Shown: piece after piece, positions 12,680-23,790 of the stretch | Numbering within the stretch: position 1 is the first letter of the stretch | Layout of the letters: each line of letters starts with the position of its first letter | Assembly (NCBI RefSeq): GCF_001194135.2 | Contig: NC_068995.1 | Span: 43,453,162-43,487,899 of the forward strand | Source: Octopus bimaculoides | Taxonomy: Eukaryota | Direction of reading: 5' to 3' | Length of the DNA stretch: 34,738 bases | Translations under genes and position numbers: made by a program | Notes under the pieces: model-generated | The model's input: only the letters and a program-made list of their open reading frames with translations | The model's database searches: none | What the model was told of the DNA's origin: nothing

Positions 12680-12956
12680 TAATGTACAACGGCAGAGTTA
12701 TTTTTATTTATACACTAACTCTCATATCTTAAATAAGGGATGAATTTAGGAAAAATACTTTTGCTGGTAGATAATGAAATTGTTTTCAACATACACACAC
12801 TCACGCACATACAAAAACAAGCACGCATACATATACACACTAACAAACATAAACACACAAATGCAAACTCTGATCATTTTTACGTGTGTTTATAGTACTC
12901 TAATTAAAGAGCAATAGAAAATGTGATTTATTTATGTACATTGTATGTTTGTTAAT

Positions 12957-13208
12957 GTGAAGGCACGTGGCTTAGTGTATTTGACTCACGATGGTAAGGT
13001 CGCGAGTTCAATTCGCGGCAACCTGTTGTTTCCTTGAGCAAGAACTTTATTTCATAATGCACCAATCCACTCAGCTAACAAAAATGAGTTGTACCTGTAT
13101 TTTAAAGGGCAAGCCTTGTCCCATTCTGCTTCACACTGAATCTCACTGAGGACTGTGTTAAGGGTACACGTGTCTACAGAGTGCTCAGCTACTGTTCTGT
13201 TGATTGCA
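12957..13208 (+). mobile_element. Family-C tRNA-derived SINE, 3' end interrupted
   Basis: Head ggcacgtggcttagtg, B box gagttcaattc, body ccttgagcaag..ctttatttca..tttaaagggcaagcctt.tcccattctg; homologous to 16178-16518. Confidence 0.85.
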
Positions 13209-13325
13209 CAGGACTTATTCTAAATCTAGTACCTATTCTATCGAATCTCTCTTGCCGAAGCGCTAAGTCACAGGAAAGTAAATACAATAACCTCTGTTGT
13301 CAAGCGGTAGTGGTGGACAAACATG

Positions 13326-13365
<40 letters not shown>

Positions 13366-13893
13366 TAGGCGCAGGACTGGCTGTGTGGTAAGTAGCTTGC
13401 TTACCAACCACATGGTTCTGGGTTCAGTCCCACTGCGTGGCACCTTGGGCAAGTGTCTTCTGCTATAGCCTCGGGCCGACCAAAGCCTTGTGAAATTGAA
13501 AGAAGCCCGTCACTTATATGTATATATATATATATGTATGTGTGTGTATATGTTTGTGTGTCTGTGTTTGTTCCCCCAACTTCGCTTGACAACCGATGTT
13601 GGTGTGTTTACATCCCCGTAACCTAGCGGTTTGGCAAAAGAGACCGATAGAATACGTACTAGGCTTACAAAGAATAAGTCCTGGGCTCGATTTGCTCGAC
13701 TAAAGGCGGTGCTCCAGCATGGCAGCAGTCAAATGACTGAAACAAGTAAAAGAGTAAAAGAGAGTAATATATATGTGTATATATAACCGACTGGCTTCTT
13801 TCAGTTTCCATCTACCAGATCCACTCACAAGGTTTTGTTCGGCCCGAATTTATAGCAGAAGATGCCTTCGCCCACGGTGTCACGTGAGGAACT
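13209..13893 (-). mobile_element. Older family-A SINE split in two (3' half 13209-13362, 5' half ~13770-13893) by a plus-strand family-A copy
   Basis: Left piece is the reverse complement of ...cgcttgacaac..ttagcg.ttcggcaa.agaga..cgatagaata.gtact..agaataagtcctg. Right piece is the reverse complement of ..gggccgaacaaaaccttgtgagtggatctggtagatggaaactgaaagaagcc. Confidence 0.8.
13366..13766 (+). mobile_element. Family-A SINE, full length, well conserved
   Basis: taggcgcaggactggctgtgtggtaagtagcttgcttaccaaccacatggttctgggttcagtcccactgcg...ctccagcatggcagcagtcaaatgactgaaacaagtaaaagagtaaaag. Confidence 0.93.
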
Positions 13894-14199
13894 GACTGGA
13901 AAAATAGTAAAATTGCTTTCAACACAGATACACTCACGTACATACAAACACACACATACGTATACATACACACACTAACATCTACATAAACAGACACATG
14001 CATACACTGAACATTTTCACTTATGTTTACGCTATTCTAATTAAAGGACAATAGAAAATCTGATTCATTTAATTATTTTGTATTTGTTTGTTAATAGAAT
14101 ATTTTGTTTTATAAATTATCGACAGCTGTTTAATATGTTTACATTTATATGTTCATTGTTACACAGTCATTAGATATTTTCTGTTTAACATCATCTCGC

Positions 14200-14620
14200 T
14201 CCCTACCACCACCAGTACCACCACCAGAACAAGCAACCAGCTCTTGCCAAATCTGTTACTTCTGAATTCCCAGATGTCAATTCTGGTCAATGACTTAATC
14301 AAGCTTACAATTCAATGTATAACTTTCACTGTCGCAGACCAAAGCCACTACCGTCGCCGAACCAACCACCCCACCACAACTACAAGCACCACCACCGCTA
14401 CCAACACCACCACCACTACCAACATCACCATCACTAACAACCAGTACCACCACTGAAACTACAACCAACGCAAAAGCTAACAGCACCAAAACCACTACCA
14501 ATACCACTACTATTACTACCACCACCAACACCACCCCTACGACTACCACCACCAACACCACCACTACTGATACTACCACCAAAGCTACAAAACTACCAAC
14601 ACCATTACCACCACTATCAT
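14200..14620. repeat. Degenerate (ACC/ACT)n low-complexity tract
   Basis: Directly visible. Confidence 0.85.
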
Positions 14621-14865
14621 TTCTCCTTAACGTTGAAATACAGTTCCTCTCAAAGATTATATTAATGCGAAGTATTAATCATCTTTTGCCGTTTGTAATA
14701 CGTGAAAATTTTAACCAAGAACCATGAAACTATGAATATAAATGAGCTAAGTTGCCGCCAAAGAACCACCCTATATACATATATTCAACATGCTCTAGTA
14801 GCAGCTAAATCAGTTCGCCAGAAATAATTACTATTCCTAAATTAGTCTTTTTTGTTGTTGTTTTA

Positions 14866-15079
14866 CTGTAACCCCTCGACTATCGCCGGTGTTAGGCTCC
14901 AAAACCCCGCCCCGCGATAGGTGAAAATCCGCGAAGTAGAAGCAGCACTGTACTGTATATTTTTTCCATTATTATTTTTATAATATGTATATATTTATTT
15001 TATTATAAATACAAAAAAACACCACAGAAGAATCGACGTAACCTTAAATAATAACCCGCGATATGGCGATGGATTACTG
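14866..15079. mobile_element. Tc1/mariner-superfamily (Tigger/pogo-like) MITE, ~214 bp
   Basis: Imperfect TIRs (ctgtaacccctcgactatcgccggt versus the reverse complement cagtaatccatcgccatatcgcgggt). TA on both sides (14864-65, 15080-81). AT-rich non-coding interior. Confidence 0.65.
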
Positions 15080-15130
15080 TATTTTGCTATTTTGCTATAG
15101 TTTCATGGATTATACCGCTTATTTTCTTTT

Positions 15131-15375
15131 ATTCTTTTACTCGTCTCATTCATTTGACTGCGGAGTAAATCGAAGAAATCGACCCCATAACTTATTCTCT
15201 GTACGCTTAGCACTTATTCTATCAGTCTCTTTGTCGAACCGCTAAGATACGGGGACATTAACACACCACCATCAGTTGTCAAGCGAAGGTGGGGAGGCAA
15301 GCATAGACACACACACACACACACACACACCACACACACCACACACACACACCACACACACACACACACACACAC
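15131..15375 (-). mobile_element. Family-A SINE 3' half, running into an N gap at its internal microsatellite
   Basis: cttttactcgtctcattcatttgactgc..aaatcgacccc..gaaccgctaagatacggggac..gttgtcaagcg. Confidence 0.85.
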
Positions 15376-16177
15376 NNNNNNNNNNNNNNNNNNNNNNNNN
15401 NNNNNNNNNNNNNNNNNNNNNNNNNNNNNNNNNNNNNNNNNNNNNNNNNNNNNNNNNNNNNNNNNNNNNNNNNNNNNNNNNNNNNNNNNNNNNNNNNNNN
15501 NNNNNNNNNNNNNNNNNNNNNNNNNNNNNNNNNNNNNNNNNNNNNNNNNNNNNNNNNNNNNNNNNNNNNNNNNNNNNNNNNNNNNNNNNNNNNNNNNNNN
15601 NNNNNNNNNNNNNNNNNNNNNNNNNNNNNNNNNNNNNNNNNNNNNNNNNNNNNNNNNNNNNNNNNNNNNNNNNNNNNNNNNNNNNNNNNNNNNNNNNNNN
15701 NNNNNNNNNNNNNNNNNNNNNNNNNNNNNNNNNNNNNNNNNNNNNNNNNNNNNNNNNNNNNNNNNNNNNNNNNNNNNNNNNNNNNNNNNNNNNNNNNNNN
15801 NNTATATGTATGTATGTATGTATGTATATATGTATGTATGTATAGATAGATAGATAGATAGATATAGCCCTGTTACTGATTTGTTCTATAAAACCTTCGC
15901 AGGCAGCGCCCCAGCATGGGAATACTTGCAATTTATTAACTGTCCAATATATTTCATTTTCTTATTGTCTGTGAGTATGTGTGTGCGTGTGAGAGTAAGG
16001 GTGTGTATGTGTGTTTATCTGAATTTTCATTAAGCTTCACTATGATTTTGAAGCATGCACAAGGCAATGGAGAAATTCCAAAACACTCATGAATAATTCA
16101 CACATTTAAAATTACCTTAACCAGACCTTATCATAAATATAATCTACAAAATTTGTAGGCCTCCATTTTTTTTTATC

Positions 16178-16518
16178 TATGTCATCTACGCTAAACAACG
16201 CCACCGTTGGCATTCCGTCGGTAAGGACGACAATGATTGCAGGTGATCCAATCAACAGAACAGCCTGCTCGTGAAATTAGCATGCAAGTAACTGAGCATT
16301 CCACATGTACGCGTACTCTTAAGATAGTTTTCAAGGAGATTCAGGATGACACAGAATGGGAGAAAGGCTTGCCCTTTGAAATGCAGGTATTATTCATCTT
16401 TTGGACTGGAGCAACGTAAAATAAAGCGTCATTCTCAATGACACAACGCGCCGCTGGGGATCGAACTCACGACCTGAAGATCGTCAGCCCAATGCCGTAA
16501 CTATTAAGCCATGTGCAG
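16178..16518 (-). mobile_element. Family-C tRNA-derived SINE, near full length
   Basis: Minus strand ctgcacatggcttaatagttacggcattgggctgacgatcttcaggtcgtgagttcgatcccc (A and B boxes), then a body homologous to 12957-13208. Confidence 0.88.
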
Positions 16519-16970
16519 TAAACTGCATTATGATTGTGCTGTATCCATAAGTTGATGGACAATTTTGAAAACTCTCATGAATAATTCACAAATTTAAAAA
16601 TACCGTAACATTACAATATCTCAAATATAGTCTACGAGATTTAATAAGCCCTTTTTTATCAACTGAGCTGAATAAAAATAGTTAAAAACAAAAAAATCTT
16701 AATTTTAATACATCTGTTTGTTTTTCATTTGTAATAAGGCTTATCAAACCATCTTGCAGTCTTCGTGGAATTCAGTCAGTCATTCAGTTTTCTTAAAATA
16801 TATTTTCGATTTACATCGTAAACCACATTTTCCATCATTCAATTAGATTTACTTGCAAAATTTTCATATCGAAATAAAAAAAAAGACATAAAAGTAGTAA
16901 CGATTATTTAATCTCAAATATTGTCAAGAATCATCTAAAAATTTTAGTCATTGTGTCAATAATAGAAGCG

Positions 16971-17030
<60 letters not shown>

Positions 17031-17060
17031 GTTGTTGTTGTTGTTGTTATCATTATTATT

Positions 17061-17380
17061 AGGGCGGCGCGATGGCAGAATCGTTAGTACGCCGGGCAAA
17101 ATACTAAGCGGTATTTCGTCCGTCTTTACGTTCTAGTTAAAATTCCGCCGGATTCGACTTGTTGTTTGTTTGTTGTTTTGGCGAGCAGGCAGAATTGTTA
17201 GCACACCGGACGAAAACCTTACCAGCATTTCTTCCTGCTGTGCATTCTGAATTATAATACTGCCGACGTCGACTGTGCATTTTTTTTTATTTTGGCGTTG
17301 ATAACCAGTTGAGCACTTGGCTCGATGTAATTTACTCGCGCTCTCCTCAAAACTACTGGTTCCGAGCCAAAAATTAGGAA
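17061..17380 (+). mobile_element. Two tandem family-B SINE copies (17061-17160 truncated; ~17179-17380)
   Basis: ggcggcgcgatggcagaatcgttagtacgccgggcaaaatactaagcggtatttcgtcc; second head ggcgagcaggcagaattgttagcacaccggacg. Confidence 0.8.
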
Positions 17381-17739
17381 CACTTAATATTCATGCGGCT
17401 TTTAGGAATTTTTTTTTTTTTTTTTTTTTTTTTTCAGCAGAATGAAACTTACTTCAGAGTGACTTAATCCTAATGGCATAGAGTTAACATCCTGATTTCA
17501 TTCTGCAATTTGTCTCCAATCAGACGAGTGATTAATATTTTCTTCATTTCAAATTTATTATATTCTAACTTCGCCTGCTTCGCTACAAGTCAGGCGTCAC
17601 AGAATCCGTAAATATAATCATAACTTTCATTTTAATGTGCATTTATTTCCCTTTAATGCCTACAGTTATTTCCCTTCAACTCTTTAAATTTTACTAGATT
17701 TTTTTCAGATTTCATAAAGATGGATGTTGGATAGTTGAT

Positions 17740-18121
17740 TCTAACAGATAGTTGGTCCATCGTTCAAATTTCGCCCAGGTTGTTTTTGACTTTCGACCTT
17801 TCGGAGACAATGACGTAAGTACCAATGGAGCACTGGGGTGGGTGAAATCTAGTTATCCGCTTGCCCTAAAATTGCTGGTCTTGATCCAAAATTTGAAGCC
17901 ATTGAAAAGGGATATCTAGCAGAATAGGAGTACACTGGATAAAAAGCTCGCGGCATTTTTTCCATTCGTTATGTTCTGAGTTCATATTCTGCTAAAGTCG
18001 TCATTGCTTTTCATCCCTTCGGAGTCGATAAAGTGCCAGTTAAGTACAGGTGTCAACATAATGATGGATCTTCCCCACCTCTAAAATTATTGCCTCTGGG
18101 CCACAATTTGAAATCATTATT
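17740..18121 (+). mobile_element. Two further diverged family-B SINE copies (~17740-17905 and ~17915-18121)
   Basis: gttcaaatttcgcccagg..gacctttcggagac; gttctgagttcatattctgc..tttcatcccttcggagtcgataaa. Confidence 0.7.
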
Positions 18122-18504
18122 TTATCAGTCGGCTTGTAAAGATTTAGCAGCCGCCAATCATGAATGTTTCCTTGAAAGGTTCCCATATCCTATTCAGCTG
18201 TAGTCTGGACCAATTCATTTCCTTCTCCCTTTTATTGTAATTAATTTTCCTTAATCGCTTCCTGATTTTCTTTTTTTATTTTTCCGAGCCACGTCACTTC
18301 TTTATCGGCAGAAAACGACTGTATGGTAATGATGCTCGGAGTTTCTAGTCAAGCCACCATTTGAAAATCAATGGTAATCAACTTCTCATTGTTTTATATT
18401 TTGACGGCTATAGCGAAAATAATGCAAAAGTGAGCATAGCTCTTTCATTAACTAACTCAGGTCGCTTAAATTGCACATGTCGGCAGAGTAACCGTCTTGT
18501 ATAT

Positions 18505-19450
18505 TATACTGCTGTTCAATATAGTCTCTATCATAGGTGATGCATTTATGCGATCGTTGGACCTAACTCCTGAATCTTCTTGGATTCGATTTGTATTATC
18601 GTACTCTCATCTCAATCATTTTCACCTCCATTGTCATTAAATTATTGTTCCTGATGACTTTTTTTTACTGCTGCGAACTAGTGGAAATCAAAGAGAACGA
18701 GCCTGTACAGTATGATGGGTGCGAAGGGAAGTGGGAGGAGGCACGAACTTGCCCCGTTTGCCGATCTCTTGATTTGATTCCAAGCGTCCGTAATCGAGCA
18801 TTGTCATAGTGAACGTGTATTGCTTGAATTTTTCTACTGACTACTGTCTCTTGAACTTTTTCGGCCTTGGAAAAGTTGTGTGATGTTGTTTCATACACTA
18901 AACCTTCATCACAAGCACACAGTCCCATTTGCTACTCTACCACAAGGATTTCATTGGGCTTCAAAATCTGCTAGCAGACTTCCACACTGATATCGTTCAA
19001 ATTGAGAGTCAGTTGCCGATACACCCATGTTTCATATACTTTCCCATTACCCAGTTTTCCACCATTGCCGGACACATTCACAAGTATTTGAATATCTTTT
19101 ATACAGAGGAAGTTCATGCCTGGAAATAAGGAAACAAACATATCTTGCTCAGGAGAAATTTCCAACCACGAAGGCAGGTCCCATCTCAGATTCTGTCAAG
19201 TACCTTTATGTTCAGAAGTAATAAAGAACGACTTCGTCACAGAATGAGATCAAATATTTTCACAGCATTGATATGGTATTTATTTGTATCACGTAAGATG
19301 CAGGGAAATTTTTTCTATAGTATTTTCATATCGTTCACATCACTACTACATTCCTACTATTCCTCTTCTCGTAAATCAGCTTTCCTTTCTTTCCGTGTAG
19401 ACTGCAAGTAATTCTTTACTGTATATGGCTGAAGATTCGAATCTAGTGAA
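18505..19450 (-). mobile_element. Heavily degraded mariner transposase relic
   Basis: Minus-strand fragments in the expected order: RQWWKTG; QILKPNEIL (cf. ELL.P.ETI); VVSRKIQAIHVHYDNAR (cf. NRK..ILLHDNARPH); C-terminal KCITYDRDYIE (cf. KCI..GDY.E). Many stops and frameshifts. Confidence 0.65.
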
Positions 19451-19559
19451 AATTTACTACCATTTTTAATAACTCCAGGAGGATGCTTCCTCCAGTTGGT
19501 TATCGATGGAATTCTGTACCCGATATATACTGCAAGCAGAGGAGCGAACCCTTAACCAG

Positions 19560-19615
19560 TCCGTCAGGTTTCGAGCTGTTAGTGCTCTCCTCGGTGGTGG
19601 ACAACCGTCCGCTAC
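19560..19615 (-). ncRNA. Degenerate type-I hammerhead-ribozyme-like motif, possibly a Penelope-like element relic
   Basis: Minus strand tgtccacca-CCGAGGA-gagc-actaaca-gctc-GAAAC-ctgac-ggac: a core with only U4 changed to C, a perfect 4-bp stem II and GAAAC. The cleavage triplet reads GAC rather than GUC. Confidence 0.5.
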
Positions 19616-21254
19616 TTTTATCTCTTATAGAAATTTTGTAACTAGCTACTTTGCTTGTTGCAAGATCAGTGGGTGGTTGTCACTTATTTTTCTATATATT
19701 GTGTGCTTGAACGAACTATTACTCTCTCTAGCTGAGGGGTGTCCACCACTGAAGATTAACAGAAATAATTCGAATACAATAAACGCAAACACACACATGC
19801 CTGAATGACTGAAAGCACCAGTGACTCGGCATTAATCGACGCCGTTAGTTAAGAAAATATATATTCTTTATTATTTTCTCTTTATACAAATGTAGATTCA
19901 CAAAACAACCCCGGCGGGAATTTGAAACTTAGTGACAACTTAAGAACGTTTGCGTATTATACGCTGCGGTGAGTCTTTAATACACAATTTCTAATCACTT
20001 ATATTAGGACAAAGTCTCAGAGAGAAATAGATGTGTCATTTATGCTATTTTGTGTGTTTGTTTTTTAATAGATGTGTTAATGAAACGAGTGTTGTATGTC
20101 TAAATGAATATCAAAAAGTGTTAGTGTATTCTTTCAAGCATAGATGTTTACATTTTCAACAAAAAGACGTTAATGAGGTCACATAACACTCCCGCGGGTG
20201 ATTGGTTTATTTTCATATGACGTGTAAAATTAGCCGAGTGTTTGTCTACATACCTGTCTTATTCGGCAGATGTGAGCAAGTTTTACTGATTGGGTCACCG
20301 TTTCTTAAGACAATGCAGTCCTGTCACTGTGTTTCTGCAAATACGTTCGTCCTATATAAAATTCTGCAGAATACGTACTACGTTATCTTGGTGAGATGTC
20401 CTATACACGAGAATAGATATTTTAAAATGTTCAGCAAAATATAGGCTAAACATCATATTTGCTATGTTTTATGTTCATTGTAATCATTTATTTGATTACA
20501 ATATCACATGGAATTATACTAGCCCACCTTGCATCTATCATACTTCAGTAATGAGGTCACAAGCTAAGTCATTAAGGAGAATCACATGGCTTCCCGATAA
20601 AAAAATGTACCTAAAATAAGATTATGTTTCACAATAATATGATAATAGGACTTCACTAACATTTGCTTATCTACAAAATAGGTAATTATTAATATCGTTT
20701 AATTATATTTAATATATTTTTAGATAATATTAAATATCCATCCACGACTAGTCGTAACAGATGAATTTAATTCATAACCGCCACCGCTAAACATCATAGT
20801 ATGCTGAATGTTACAACATAGCATTTTCTCTCACTCTCAAACCTTGGGTACATATGTTGCTCAACTATCATTTCTTCAATATGCTTTAACAGAAAGGTAC
20901 AGGAATGTTCAATGACGGTTTGAGACCTAGGAGATTGACATAAAACATGTTTAGTTTCAACTTAGGGATGTCCTCCTCTGCAGGAGAAACAAATGAATTA
21001 AGAAATTTGCGTTGGGTAAAGTGCAGGGGAACAAAGAACGGATAAAGCGGGAGCCGTGAGGTTACACAGGTATGTCGGATCGGGAGTTATATTAGATGCT
21101 GGGAGTATAGGGAAATGTGTGGGGTAAGAGATAGGTATAGAGTATGTATATATTTAAATGTATGTATGTGTATGTATATATACATACACAAACACACAGA
21201 CACACGCACACGCACTTACACACACAGACACAAAGTAATACACACACACATACA

Positions 21255-21296
<42 letters not shown>

Positions 21297-21639
21297 TGTA
21301 TGTTTGTGTTTTGTGTGTGTGTGTGTGTGATTGTGTGTGTGTGTGATTGTGTGTGTGTGTGTTTTCCTGTCAGTCGATTTCTGTACATGTGTGGGATTTG
21401 CCCATAATCCCTGAAAGCAGCACATCCCTGTAGTTACCTTCCGGAGAACACACATAAAACATATATTACATGTATCGCTTTCCTCGATATCAAGTTTCAA
21501 CTTTTACACACACACGTATATATATATACGTAGAAAATCATATAGTCACTCAGTATACATTACAATATACTAACACAAAAAACGATATGAATCTCATTCT
21601 GATATCCTCTTCATACTTAGAGATGCATGCAGATTGAGG

Positions 21640-21693
<54 letters not shown>

Positions 21694-21944
21694 TTGTATA
21701 TGAATGTGTATCTAGGAGTGTCTTTGAAAATACTTTTTAAGCAAGTATGTGAAGTATTATACACGTAGGCAAATATTTGCGTGTGTATATTTGTATATGC
21801 ACAATTTCATGCTAAGTTTAAATATAATTTTAACTTAATTTTGAAAACAAGAAAAGAACACCGGTGAAATAGGTTGAAGAATTTTAAAATAAGAATGGCT
21901 TCCGCGTTAGGTTCAAGAACGGTAATTTGAATGGGAACCCTGGT

Positions 21945-22308
21945 ATCATTGTCCCTTGTACTTAAGTCGTACTTTATTTTATCAACCCGAACTAATAATA
22001 GGCAAAATTTACCTCGGCAGGATAAGAATTCTGAAGGTTAAGCGTCGGAAGAAATACCAAGAAGTAATTTTTTCCAACGCTCCAACCATTTTGCAAGTTC
22101 CGCACCAGGCCCAAGGCCAAAATGTTTGTTGGGGGTGGTCGCTAGTCGATTACATCGACTCCAGAGTTCAACTGGTATCTTTCACGGACTCCAAAAGGAT
22201 GAAGACGAGCTCAGCTGAGTGGCATTGGAGGTCAGAACGTAAATACGGACGAAATGCTGGTAAACTTTTTACCACGAGTGCTAAGAATGTTTCCAGCTCT
22301 CGGCCTTA
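21945..22308 (-). mobile_element. Two diverged family-B SINE copies (~21945-22090 and ~22107-22308)
   Basis: ctagtcgattacatcgactccag..aaaaggatgaag..cagaacgtaaatacggacgaaatgc..gtgctaagaat. Confidence 0.7.
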
Positions 22309-22384
22309 ATAGTAATGATAATAATAATAATAACAATAATAATAATAATAATAATAATAATGATAATAATAATAATAATAATAA

Positions 22385-22998
22385 ACGACAGAGCTGGGAC
22401 CTATATACAAAGGAATATATTCACAGACACGACAGAGCTGGGACCTATATACACTGGAAGCTATGCCAACATTATGGAATAGCAACAGAAAAAAGATGGT
22501 ATAAACACACGCCAGAAAAGGTCACAGAAAACGAGAAAGCAACCATACTCTGGGATATGCCAATACACACAGATAGAGAAATTAAGGCAAATAGACCAGA
22601 TATAGCTGTCAAAGATCATGAAGGAAAAAAATGCNNNNNNNNNNNNNNNNNNNNNNNNNNNNNNNNNNNNNNNNNNNNNNNNNNNNNNNNNNNNNNNNNN
22701 NNNNNNNNNNNNNNNNNNNNNNNNNNNNNNNNNNNNNNNNNNNNNNNNNNNNNNNNNNNNNNNGTAGGTGCCTTAGGTATAATAAAAAAATATTCAGACA
22801 AATACATAACAAAAACACCAGGACTTACAAATATATATAACATACAGAAAATTGCACTACTGGGTACTGCACACATTCTACGCAAAACACTTTCAATACA
22901 GTAAACATAAGAGCACCACAGCAAACCACAGCACATACCCAAGGCGCACAGAGCTGCGCTCGGTAGTGAAGTGAAAGCACGTTATAAAAATAAAACTA

Positions 22999-23001
<3 letters not shown>
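22385..23001 (+). mobile_element. 5'-truncated R4/Dong-clade LINE (RLE C-terminus plus 3' UTR) embedded in (AAT)n
   Basis: KEYIHRHDRAGTYIHWKLCQHYG..WYKHTPEKVTENEKATILWDMPIHTDREIKANRPDIAVKD (PD..D endonuclease motif)...VGALG..IQKIALLGTAHILRKTL*, then the 3' UTR. (AAT)n on both sides; internal N gap. Confidence 0.9.
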
Positions 23002-23060
<59 letters not shown>

Positions 23061-23382
23061 ATTAGAAGTGGCTTTGACCCAAGTTATGCCAGCATTATGA
23101 AATGGCAGCAGATCGATGAACTAATTGTACACCAGAGAATTTCACACAGATAGGTAAGTTAAAGTTAAAACGCTTTGCTTATAATATGCTTCACAATGGA
23201 AATATTATTATTTGTATATACACAGGAGTTTTTTTCCACTTAACTTACTTTGGAATTTAATTATATTTGGGAGCTGACAGCCTAGTCCTCGATTAGGATG
23301 CTTAAAGTGGGTTCTGCTTGATACTTTAATCTAATTATTATAGCTTACACACACACACACACACGCACACACGCGCGCTCAC

Positions 23383-23428
<46 letters not shown>

Positions 23429-23790
23429 ACACACTCACACACGCACACATCTGCACTCATGTCTATGTGTGTAAATACGTATATGAATGTTACAGGTTGT
23501 ACCAAAGACAGAGGTATGTTCATTTGTGAAAGCGCTCAAAACAAAGACCGTTGAATAATAATTATATTAAATAATTGCTTTTTACAAATGTACAAGTTTT
23601 GAGATTGGAAGGCTGGAGTATGATGCATTAATCCAGTGAAAATACTTGACAACATTTTATGAATCCCGGAATGACGAAACGTGAAGTTGATGTCCTCAGT
23701 ATATGAAAACGTAACGTAGGAAACCGAAATAAATCTTGCAAGTATTTTGTCCGATTCTAAAAATAAACTAATCCATAAGTGGAAAAGTAG

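Noticed and set aside
14244-14582. Thr-rich (mucin-like) and Val-rich ORFs
   Set aside because: Degenerate (ACC/ACT)n tract with no domain context or convincing splice sites.
15272-15931. Long ORFs at 15.3-15.9 kb, and likewise 28.2-29.3 kb
   Set aside because: Open only because they run through N gaps.
16237-16419. Apparent plus-strand exon (ttgcag|...atgcag|gtatta) with a 60-aa ORF
   Set aside because: Lies wholly within the antisense strand of the family-C SINE.
20171-20561. Repeated 13-mer taatgaggtcaca (20171-20183 and 20549-20561) containing AGGTCA
   Set aside because: Too short, the flanks do not align, and there is no linked promoter evidence.
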